Below are positions 11,973 through 23,838 of a stretch of 64,000 nt of DNA, piece by piece. The stretch is from contig NW_019091361.1 of NCBI RefSeq assembly GCF_001949145.1, forward strand, positions 1,432,374 to 1,496,373. Reading direction: 5' to 3'. The position numbers and the translations under genes are program-made. Source of the stretch: Acanthaster planci. Taxonomy: Eukaryota. The first letter of the stretch is position 1. Each line of letters begins with the position of its first letter. The notes beneath the pieces were generated by a model. It did no database searches. It was not told where the DNA came from and worked only from the letters and a program-made list of their open reading frames with translations.

Positions 11973-14900
11973 TACTGTTGGTCTCCCTTTAACCTGTATG
12001 TTAATTGGATAAAATGGAAAGTGACCTTAGCTGTACAGTATTTAACCTAGCTAAATGATATCTCCAGTTAAAAACAATCCACACAGACCTTGAAAAGGGA
12101 ATTTGGAATACGCAGATTATGATTACCTTACTGCCATAATTCTCAAACATATAAAAACATAAACAAACTATTGCCGCCTCAGTGTTCTTATAGAAACCTA
12201 ACTTAGCATCTCACAGGGAACTGGAGCTTTTTGTCGATGGAAGTTCAACTAAAGAGAGTATAAGTAGTATTACGCTGTTAATGTTTCAAGTGGGAAGAGT
12301 AGGGCAAATACAAGCATTACCCCATGGACAGTCACCAAACGTTACATCGATGTTTTGTTATGGAAGAAAGATAAGGATTACACTGTATCCTTGTACTCTT
12401 GGAGTATGATTCCAAGTAACATCTGTCTTTGCAAAATTAACTGATGTGTTATTTGGAAAGTAGTGACAATTAAAAGAACCAATTTCTTATCAGTTCTAGC
12501 CCTGTTGCGATGGAAACAACGGGAATCTCCATTTACTGTCGAAAGAAAGTACATTAAAAGGCCTTACCAGTGACCTCATCGCTGTCGCTTTTTTCCAGAA
12601 TGCTCGACGAAGAAAGACCTTTGTAGGGATTCTAACTTCAACGCCCCTTGTCTAAAATTGAAGGTCGCCCGTGTATCAGGAACTTTCCCCTTTATTCCAG
12701 GCAAGTTTGTCCAGAAGACTGTCGATACCAGCGACGTATTGGGATGCAGTGAGGCTTCTACCAAATGTACGTGCAATAAGTGGACCTGATATTTGCTTAT
12801 CTAATTTGCTACTCGGTCGACTGTTACATTCTTGGAGCATATTTTGACCATTTATGGTTGTGTAATAAAGATATCCAAGTACCGGGTATGGCGTGCAAAT
12901 TTAACATTACATATTAAAGTGGAGATACATCTCCAGACTTACCTGGTGAAAACATTGACTTTCAACATACATGCATAAAGAAATTAAGATGTTTGTACCT
13001 TTATATCTCGGACTGAAGATACATATATTAACGTAGAGATTTCTCTGTTTAGATAAAGGCACATCTACCAGCAATTCAATGTAAAATTTGCGCACAATAT
13101 TCAAGCACTAACTCCTATTCCACGTGCGACGGGTTGGTATTTCTTGCTGCGAGCGTCGTTTCAATTTATTGTCAGTTATTCTCATCATCGCTCGATAGAG
13201 AAAACGTATGCATATGATTGAAGTTTACATGTTTTCGCCAATAGGTAATCAGTCCCCAGGAGGAAGGCGTATCAACAGAAACAGGCCACCAACGTTTGGT
13301 CGAATTTCATTCCATTTGTGTCACTGCGTCCTCACATTTTCAAATACCTACAAGGATTGTTGAAGCTTTTATTCTATCGCAACCACGTACATAGGCCCAA
13401 ACTGTTAGGGCGGCTTAAGAAAAGAATTTTGAGTTTTTCCTAGTAATTTTGCAACAAACCCTGCACGCAAGCTCGTTAGTGTATACGGTACATGCCGTGT
13501 ATAGTATAGCCTCTTCAACGACATCCCTATAATTCAAGTAAAAAACAGTCTATATGGAATTTTTATTTCGGTACGTATTGGTTACGTCGATGGGAACAAT
13601 GTGTGCTGTGAACATGGACCGCCAAAACTATGTCAATAAGAACTTTAGGTTTTGAATCTTCGTAACATACCTTCCCTGTTCGGCATTGTCAGATCACGAG
13701 ACATTTCTGTTGTATCACTTTACCCTGCTGTTCGTTTTCAGAGAAGCATGCTTTCAGCCCTTGGTCATACAAACTGTACACTCATCCCCATGGGATTTAT
13801 TGTCGCATGTAGGGGGGGATGGCTCAGCACCGCCTCCATCCCAGGTGATCGTGACGCCGGTAAGTGCGGAGTCGGTGGTGCAGGCTACGGGTGCGCTATC
13901 ATTTACTTGAGAATGAGGCTATGATTCCCACCCCCCCACACACACAAGTGTGGTAACGCCTTCAATCGTTGACTCCCTATTCCTCTTTTGTTCATACTTT
14001 TTGTACACGTTTTCCAACCGTGGACTCTTCGGCAACCGTGGACCCTATTGTCCCCTATCGTTATAGGTCCACGATTGAAGGCGTTTACACACTCATCCAT
14101 ACACACACCGTCAAAATTAACGTCGGGGGATATATCCCCCATTCCCCCGGGATCTCCACCCATGCTTATTACAACAGTAACAAGTGTCTGTTTAAAACAC
14201 ATCAAATCCCATTATTGATTGGTGAAAAACCAGTTCACCGTGAACTAAATTAGGCCTATTTCCATTATCCTGACCTTTGGTGTAAAGCCCATCAGCGTAT
14301 GGTAAATGTACTTAACGTGATTAACTCGGCAGAATAAACATCAGAATTACAAATACAGTATACACTTCCGGAACATGAAATATTGAAAATCCATTAAACT
14401 GGTTAATTATTATACAAACGAAAGAAAGCGTAGTATATCAGTTGTCCGTGTTTCTGAGATTCTAGAGACAGGTACATCCAGATAATTGTTTTAAGATGAT
14501 TCAAAATATGTCTTTCTGGTTTCCAACGTTACATTTTGAAAAGTAAAAGTTCTTAATGGTTTTAAACATTTCAGGTGCTCAGTCTGTTACTACATCTCTC
14601 GAAGCTAATCCTACAAAAGAAAAGTAGGAGTTCATAGATAACAACACTCATGTTAAACTTTCCTGTAAATTCAATTCTTGATTGTTTGAGATACTACTGT
14701 TTTTACGAGATCATTTATGAAAGTCGTTCACACACACACAAAAAAAACCGCTGACTTTAAAATTCAGGTTTGGAATTTGCCACACATTCTTAAATAAAAG
14801 ATTGACCTGGAGGCCAAAATATGATATCGTCGGATGAATGAAAATATCGTGGAGAGAGTGAAAAAAATGAATTTCTTCATTTAAAATCCAATTAATTCAA

Positions 14901-15037
14901 TCAAATGTTGTTCCCATGCTCAAACGGCAGGGAGATCTGAAGGTCTTTTAATAAAGAACTTATTCCGTTTGAATCCACACGGGCATGCAAGCGCAAATAG
15001 TTCACGAAAATTGTTACAGTTCTTCGATTCGGGGTAT

Positions 15038-18000
15038 TTAGCTTATAACAGGCTTGATCTCACGTCTGTGGCATGGCTGGCCCCAGAAAAAGAAGATCTT
15101 GAGAAGTTTGAGTAAGAAGAGCACCACTTCGAAAATGGTGATGACGGAAAACCCGATAAACAGGCCGAACAGCCCGCCCAGACTACCCAGGAGGGTCTCG
15201 ACCTGGAAAAGGGTAGGAATAATAAGGAAAAAGAATAAGTCCGTAAAAAGGGGAACGGTTAAATGACACTTGTCTACGAAGATTTAGAGTTACAGATATT
15301 CAGGTAACGAGTCTCTCAAGGCAGTATTGCTGTATTCATCACGGACCATACAATTACATTAATAAATTGGAGATTCTTACGCAAGCTCGTAGAAATTTGT
15401 GACGCTTTGAATTAAACCGAACAGCTTTATACCTGTAATATAGTCTCGTTTCAATCTAAAGCAGCACCTGAAACTAAAGTAGAAAGCTGCAGCCCAATTG
15501 AGTACATTTTTGGATATCCCTTACCCCCCCAAAAAAAACCCAAACAACAACAAAAACAAACAAACAAACAAACAAACAAACAAACAAACACCCCAACAAA
15601 CAAACAAACACCCTACGGTAAACCTATGGCTAGCCCATTAGTACAACAGCAAAAGCATAAAAAGTGGACGGGGCACCAACAAACAAACAAAACAAAAACC
15701 AGAAACATAAAAACAAGAATGAACAAGATTCATGTCATTTTGAAAGGCAAAAGAAAAATCCTTAATTTATAGGCAACTCATTCCTTCAAAGTTTAGACAT
15801 TCTCAACTGAGTTGTCTAGGGGTGGTCATTTGTGTAACTTACACTATACTTTGGTGTCTGTATGATCGACTGGTAGTTCAGCTCCTCGAAATAAACCCTA
15901 AGACGGACAAGATTCTTCCTGAAAATCACACAGAAAGGTGAAGTTTTATGAGCTGTGGCTTTCCGGGGGGGCAGTGGCATCTCTAAAACAGCTCATGCAT
16001 TAATACCTGTTCCAAGCACTGAAGCATGATATCCATACCAAAAACAGCTACAGTTAGGAACAGTATACCGTACCTCTTTTAACGCTTTACAGACAGATCG
16101 ACATTCTATTGGTTTGCGTCCGACGAAACGATTGAGAGAAGATCTTTTTCCTGGCATGTTGTTTTCAATACTATTACTCCGACTGCCATGTGACTGTCCG
16201 AGCCAAACGCGCACGACATTTTACACAAAATCTTCACAAAGTACCTTTATAACTCGAACTAAATCACGTGCAAGACCCTGAAAAACAGTGTTATACTCTT
16301 ATCGATGGATGTGAGCTTCGATCGATTTTTATACGACCGGTTTAAGTAAGCTTACCTAGTCTGCTCGACCTCTTGCATCAATCTTGCAGCTTTCTCGTTT
16401 GTTGCTGAGATGCGAGAGTACAGATGCTCCTGAAAACAGAAAATCAAGACAATTTGCTGATTCAGATTTCGGACACACCAGAAGGAAAATGGTGAGACAT
16501 CTATGTACACTGATATCAAAATCATGTATCAGATCGCATTAGATTCCTCTGACGTAACTTGCCAACTTCACCTTCGCCTCTTCATGCATGCACGCATTTT
16601 TGGGCTTGAGGACTAGTCTCCTTCGTGGAGCCCAGTCTGTCCATTCCCCTCCCCTACTGTGTTCTCAGTCGTGTCTGTATAGTGTCCTTACCTCATATCT
16701 TTCGGAGGGCCAACGGGACGACGACACGCCAAGCTTGAAAGTTGTCTCTCTACAAAATTGAACACAGTATTTCCATCAATTTGTTAAAAATCATAATTAA
16801 ACATGGTTGACAATACAGGAATTCCAAGTTACAATAGTTTAACCAGATGCTTTTAAACTGACCTTCCGAAAATAAAACGTATAGTTCTCATTTATGTTTC
16901 CAAATAATTTAATTTTGTTTTTAGTGGAGCCTTGCTATCCTAACAACTCAAATCTCGACGACAGTCCTTGCTAGGAGTAACCCCTTCAACACTCCTTCCC
17001 ACACCAAATCCCTACCATGCACATGATGTCAATCGACTTTTTTTCTTTCGGGCATTTCAGAACATTGGCAGAATCTAAGCTGGCTCAAATTATGGCATGT
17101 CCTCCTCTGGTCTAACCATTATTACCTGCATGCCGAGAAACACTTGCAGCTTTGCAGCTTGTTATCCTCGTAGAGATTTTCAACAGCTCGTCTGCATGTT
17201 TCTGAACGAGAAAAAATCATGCATTGGAACAGACTACAAAAGAGCGTGAGGGAAATAATGCACTTATTTTGAGGTCGCATCTGCATTATGGTATCTGGTG
17301 GCTACGCGGGTCTACGATTAAAAGCAAAGCAAAGTGAAATAAAAACCCTAAGTTGAGGCATCGTCGGTTATCGGTGAGTCCTACGATAAAAAGTAGTCAT
17401 CTTTTGTCCATCATTCCTGGAGCGCCCAGCTGTGTCCTATACGGTGAGCAACATACGCTGTGTGGTGTTGAGGTAGCTACACTTCAGAGCGGAGTAGATC
17501 AAGATGTCGGTGACGCAACCGCAGCGGCTCAGCATCTCCGACTGCAAGCAAAACTTGGTGCACGCACTCAGCGAGTAGTCGTAATCCCCAGCAGTCACGT
17601 TGAATCTGGTATCAAAGCTGTCGCTACAATTGCCATACGGAAAGGGTTGGCGGCTAATGAAGTCCTGGAGCAAAGACCAAGAAAGGAAATGTGTGTGAGC
17701 AGCGACAGCGCAACAAAGTATTGATGGCCCGTACCACAGAAATGGGGGTAGAAGCTTTTACTTGAGAATCCTTTGGGACGTTATTTTATTTGCTCAGTTT
17801 CATTAGATTCTGAAGAACTGATTGTTTGATTCTCTGCAATTCAGACAGATAAATGAAATGCCACTTTTCCGTGAGCCTATTGTATTAATTTAACCATTTA
17901 TGTTCTTGAGTGAACGGCATTGACTTGAAACTCCGACGGAAAAGTATACACGTAACCCCGCGATTACTTTGCAAGAAAACTACCAGCTTTCACACGGGTG

Positions 18001-21000
18001 TGTGTAATGGGCCTTTTCTTAAGAAAGGTCTACTAGTAACCAGTTGTTCGGAAGAGATAAATGTACACTTCAACATTGAGTTCATTCTTATACGTTTTCT
18101 GGACTGTTTTATAACTGCTTGGCAGGGGATTGTTTTGCTGATTTAAGTCTTAATTGATTACCATTCTATTTTTTGCATGATAATCAAACGACCAAACAAG
18201 TTAGTTCTCAACCTGTCTCATCCCGACGGACGTAGCTAGGCCAGCTGCCGCCGTGATGCCGTTATCTTCCGGCAGCGGCATCGTCCGTTGTCCGTGTACT
18301 GTCAGCCGTACTCCGGACTCCGGTGAGAAAATGCCCAGGTATTCAGGTTGCTCTATGAACAACGTCACATGCAAACCTGCAATTGAGTGGTGGAGATTTC
18401 CAGTGTAATAATAAAGCACTATCTTCGCACAATAAAAAAGTGCCGACAAGTAGAAAGCGAGGCATTAATAATTCGGGTGTATGACAAAGCAGCGTTCTTT
18501 AATAAACATTACGCGTATAAAGTCTCTGAGGGTGTGGTACCAGATTGTTTAAACGAAGGAAAAGTGCATAAGCAATAGCTGCTATAGAGGGTTTGCATGG
18601 CTGCCATCTTGCAGGCCAGTGTTTTGTTCTACAAGGTTCGCACAAAGGAGGTTTCTGTGTGGAACAAAAAAATGCCCTGCAAGATATGCCACGTAAAGCC
18701 TTTATAAGTAACAGAGATAAATACCCATTATAAAAAAATTGGATGGGGAAATAAGTGATATCCGTATGTGGAACTCATCAGTCTTACTGAGCTAAAATTA
18801 TTATGTTGGTGGAGATATTAAGTTAGCAGTACAATCGGGTGTAACTTACCATATTTCGCTCCGAATCTACTGGTCGTCCGGACCTTGCTGTTCCCCGTAC
18901 CGTGGTTGAAAGTGAAACAATTGCCGTAATCCGTGTTCTGAAACACTCTAAAATCCCTGTTTAAGCAAAAACATGTACAAGACACTCAAATTGTAAACTG
19001 GATAGGTTGGTTGTAGCACCTTTGACTTAAATCAAGTCAGACTTAGGTTTCTTTTCTCATTCAGCCATCCCTTCAGCCTGTACACACAACACGGTTGTCG
19101 CTCTTGGTCCGGAAGCTCGCAAAACCCTTATAAGGCGCCCTCATCTGACAGTCTTTGTTGTACAACGTGTGTCAAATGTCAGTAAATCAGTAAGTCCGAC
19201 TTGACGGATAAGCCAGTCGCAGCCCCCTTCCGTGATATGTAGTTATTCATAATTGCAAATGAACGACATGATCTTTCATAATATTTACGGAATTTCCACC
19301 AATCAACGTGGTCAGACTTTTAGAATCGTTCGTTATTATGCAGATATGAACGACGTAAAAACAAATCCCGCAATGCGATTGGCTGCTACCACCTTTGGTA
19401 GATGAGCCCATTTGCTGTGTACAAACAAACGGTTGGCAGATTCGTCAAGTCAGGATTTCTGAACTGAATTCATAGTAACTTAGTGGACACAAGAGGGTGC
19501 GAAGCAAGTAACGGCGCGCAGTCTCGATATGTATTCAAAGCATAAACGAAAACGCCAGAGAGATCCCGACTTGAGTCATGAGTCAAGTCTATTAGCGCCA
19601 TGGATATATCTCTTTTTGAGTGTGGGGTTCTGAAAAGAACCGATGTACCCAACGTTTTGGACAGTAGGGCCTATGCTCTGTCCGTCATCAGGAGACTGCC
19701 TACCGCCATGGTGCTACCGCAAACCAATCAAGTTTATTTGTTACCTCCACCACGAAAACCTTTAAATCTCACTCAGAAACTGTTCTGGACCATTCTTGGA
19801 ACGAAAATACTTTCCAAATCAGGGTAATGCTATGAAGTATTAATTTAAAAGTAAATCAAGTTTTAAGCTGATTTGGCACAGGAGGGCGGTTTATTATGAT
19901 AAACACAAACCTGTAACTGCAGTTTCGTTTGTCAAAGGTGCACTGCAGAATAAAGTCTTGTGCCTGGTGTCCTAGCACCTCCAGTTCTTCTCGTGTGGGG
20001 TTGGCGATGTCTATCAAGTCGCTGAAGTCGTCCGCCGTCGATCTGTCGTAGAATCCCCTCCAGTCGTTCTCGTCCGTCACCCCATCCCAGTTGTAGTAGC
20101 TGTCGTACTCGAAGTCATCGCTCTCCCACCAGAAATCCTCGGTGGAAGAGGAGAGCGTGCGCCGCTGCCGCTCCTGTCTCGAGCTGACGGACCGCCTCCT
20201 GCGTTCAGAATCGAGGATGGAAGTGTCGGATTCCTCTCCGGGATTAAACGAGGAAGAAGCCCCGTCGCTGTCTCTCTCTTGGCCTGGTGCCACAGTTTCG
20301 CTCCCTGGAGGATCAGTGGTCGTTTGGGAGCTACTGGAGTCAGGTGAGTTGACCTGTGTTACAGGAAATATTCCAGAGGAGGTCGAAGCATGCGTATTCA
20401 AAGAATGAGGCGGAGCGGTTGAAGATGCTTCCTCCTTTTCTACATCATGGGAGGGGGTGTTAGAACTTCCACCCGGGAGGCTGCTCTCGTTATCGATACT
20501 ACTCATTTCATCGATACTATCGCCAGCTGTACTGGGATTGTCACCTTCTCCGTTTGAAGCTACGTGACTTGGACCTGAGGTGCTGGTGTCGCTGGACATG
20601 CCGTCATCGTCATCACCGGCACCGCGTACCGAATCTGACCCATCCGTTCCATCGACGCTACTACCACCGACAGTGGCTCCGCCTGAGCCTTGTGGCGTAA
20701 CATCACTTTCGCCCCCAACCCCAGGGATCGACTCTGAAGACCCGATCCCGCCAGCTGTGCTGTCATCCGGTTCGGAATTTACCGGTGAGGAATCTTGCAA
20801 GCTGTTGCCATCAGGAGAAGAGGACGGCTCGCCTCTTGAATCCCACCGATCAAACCACTCCAGGGACGACCAGTCGAAGAACCAGGAATAGTCGTAATCC
20901 TCCCCTTGAACTCCCCCGTCGATAGCAATCAGGCCCTCAAAGCGAGTACCCACCAGCTTGGAGCGTCGCATGCGGTTCATGTTGCACACAGTCACGGCTG

Positions 21001-22095
21001 GGAAGTCCAGGTTGGTCTTGGTGATCAGTTCGATGGTTGTTGTTAGAGGCCGGACTTGGAAGTACTCTACGAGCAGTAGGGTAGACTGTAGGATCGCAAG
21101 ACCGAAAGCAATCAGCCATATCACAGACCAGGCGATCCGGCTTACTGTGTAGGTACCGTTGATGATCAGTGGCAGGCCATGAGCCGTGGTGGTGTCAGCG
21201 AAAGTGGTCACGGCTTGGCGCAGCGCGCCTCGTTTCTTCTCTTTTGACAGTTTATCTTCCTCTCCGGTGCGCTGGAGGTAATCCAATGAACCAGTCACAA
21301 GAACTCGCCGTGTCAGTCTACAAAAACAAAAAATGTCATTTTACTTAACAGGCCTCAATTTAAAGTAAATATCGTGATATATTTGGCACACAACAGTATT
21401 CTATACCGGCTTTACAGAGGGGGACAGTGGGAGCTCTGCATGCAATCTGAACATACACTATACCTTTTGGCTCCTGTAAATAGTTGCGCTATCCCCTTTC
21501 AGAGACAGGCCAGTCGTCATTCAACTTCACTTTATTGAGATATACCCGTTTGAGAACACATTAGGCAGTCTCGAAGAAAACGTTGCCCCAACTTTGGCCC
21601 TCGTGTGTCATAATCGCATGGATTTATTTATCCTGGAAAAGTAGTTCTACGCACTGAACTGAAACTGACAGGTTCTTTCCTATTTTGCTTGGATTGTCTG
21701 TGTTGTTTGATGAGATAGAACAATAAAAGGGAAAGTGTTTGAAACTTTACTAAAGATGGTTCAGGACTCCATTTTTCAGTTGACGATGAACAGTCAGCCT
21801 ACTCAGAACATTTACTCATTTAATCTTAGTGCCAGTCGTTTAATAAACCTAAAAGATAAAACTGTAATAGAATTATGTTTGTCAAGTTTCGTCACTTAGG
21901 AAAACTGGTTTTAAATGTGTTCCTTGTCAAAAGAAAGCGAGCTGCCTAAACCTCATAAACACCATAACCAAAAAGAAACTTTAATTGTGTAAAACTGTGC
22001 AATTGTGAAATCTACATTTAAATGATATCTACATTATCTAACTGAATGGCTATGACATACCTCTGTCCCTCAACAACCGTAGTTCCGTACTCCAT
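15038..22095 (-). CDS. DEG/ENaC subunit 2, ~789 aa, 10 coding exons; tandem paralog of subunit 1
   Basis: Exons 22061-22095, 19911-21317, 18850-18956, 18213-18376, 17457-17664, 17126-17201, 16692-16749, 16356-16429, 15843-15918, 15038-15202. Introns are GT-AG and the total is 2370 nt. Five exons match subunit 1 in length (107, 164, 58, 76, 165 nt). Motifs: TTAHG, FPAVTVCNMN, YGNCFTFN, WPSERYE, LRVYFEELNY, TM2 LLGSLGGLFGLFIGFSVIT. Confidence 0.95.
15556..15610. repeat. (AAAC)n microsatellite, interrupted
   Basis: Visible run of aaacaaac in the last intron of ENaC subunit 2. Confidence 0.9.
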
Positions 22096-22815
22096 CGCGA
22101 CATTTTACATTTCACACCGCAAAAAGTGCTTGCGCAGTGGCGAACAAAATGGCGCCGTATACAGCCGAGTCTGCAGACTTTCCCAACCTGTTGAACTGTT
22201 TACTCAGTCTTCAAGGCTTTTAAACAAACCGAATTGATTTCTTCTACAAGTTAGGCCAAGGTATGGTAATCGTTTGTGCAAAGACGATCAAAAGAGTTAT
22301 GTCCATAGAACTGCGACCGTTACGTAAACATGTTTTTCTTCCTTGAAAAGTTAAACTTGGGCATTGTGAAAAGAAGGGAATTTAAGAGATGTGTTTCGGC
22401 CACTCATCCAGGAGTCGTGAGTGTTCTACAAGATTTTCAGGTTCTCTTAACTGTCTTCTTAGTTCCTAGAGAAAAAGAAGAAAACCTGTTATGGCCGAAA
22501 ACTTCAAGCATGCCCCGGAGTAAGGTCGTCTTCTATAGGTATATGAGAAATAATTCTTTCCTATCCGCATCATGAACCACATTAAATTTCGTAGTGCTTG
22601 AAAACGATGCAAAACGAACTGACTCAATTTCGCTCCACAGCCGGCGTCCGAAAGTTGTAGCTCTGTCATGAAATAACGTATGTTCCTGTGGAAGCTGCTA
22701 TACTGGCGGGCTAGAGCCACTTTCCATTGCCGTGTTGATACCGGAATCAGGTATATGCCCTGCGAGTCAAAGATTGGATTTCAGACAGGTAGAAGAACCT
22801 TCATTGCTGGCAAAT

Positions 22816-23070
22816 GTCATGATCTTGGGCCAGTCCCTTTACCCCTATGTGCCCTTCTCCACCCAGGAGTAAAATGGGTACCTGTGAGGGCAGACACGAT
22901 TGTGTTTAGCCATTTGTGCCAAAATGGCAAAATCAGGCTAGTATACTCCCCAGGGAGCTAAGATTATTTCAGGAATGTTCAGATGATGTGAGCCCAATGT
23001 GCAGGGATAATGATAATCAGCGCATAGAGGCATTCCGTATTATTCGCTGAATAAAAACCGACTATTATTA
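22816..23070 (+). mobile_element. Degenerate SINE fragment (central domain plus LINE-like tail)
   Basis: Contains ctccacccaggagtaaaatgggtacc, a motif I recognise from marine-invertebrate SINE cores. It ends in agcgcatagag...aataaaaaccgactattatta. The tRNA head is not recognisable. Confidence 0.55.
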
Positions 23071-23838
23071 CCAAATGCCTGTCGTCGCCGAAAAGATTAA
23101 ACGGAAGTTATTATTCAAGGAGACAAAACGTTTTATTCACACATCATTCCGTCAGTTTACCAACAATAAAATTAGTTACAGTTTCAACTCACGTCTACAC
23201 CAAGAATCCGTTGACTATGCTATGACAATGTACTGTGACGGTTTAAATGGACATAGCATTGCAATAAAAGAAACAGTAAAAAAAAATAACGTGAAACGAC
23301 ACTGAAACAGGTGAACAAAATTCTCGCACAATATGGTAATAAAAAGCTCCAAAAGAAAGCCATTTTTTGTATCAAGTAAAAGAAACAAAATGCGCAGAAA
23401 ACAAGCATTCAATAAATTTACAAAGGATGACTAGGTCACAGTAAAATTAATGCTTAAATTCTAATCATTATCGATGTGCAGTACTTGTGCAGTGATGTGC
23501 TGATTCAAATGATGTCCAAAATTTCAAAACCAACTAAAAAGAATAGCACTTTGTTATTTGTCTAATTTTATTCCTGTGCACGATTTACAAAACAACTACG
23601 CGCACGTAAGATTGTTCACAGTTTACAAGCATCGGAATACCAGAAAAGGGTGAAAGACTAAGATTTCACTTCTGACATCCTCTAGTTTATACTTTAATGT
23701 TTCGAGTTGCATATTTTAAAAATCTTACATTTAAACATGATCTCGTGGGGGTACCATCCAGCGTTGGCTATTTTTTCTCTTTCCCAAATGCAAGTGTGAA
23801 GATTTTGTCCTCTTTTTTAAAACTCAGACCACTTAGTC

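Noticed and set aside
13780..14165. ORFs 13652-14253 and a G/C-run segment ending gggatctccacccatg, similar to 55263-55345
   Set aside because: There is no protein similarity. It is probably a MITE end, but I could not define both termini.
19024..19214. Imperfect inverted repeat (tcaagtcagactta / taagtccgacttga)
   Set aside because: It is too short and degenerate to call an element.
22146..22156. YY1-like aaaatggcgcc just upstream of the subunit 2 start codon
   Set aside because: It is a single short motif with no other promoter evidence.
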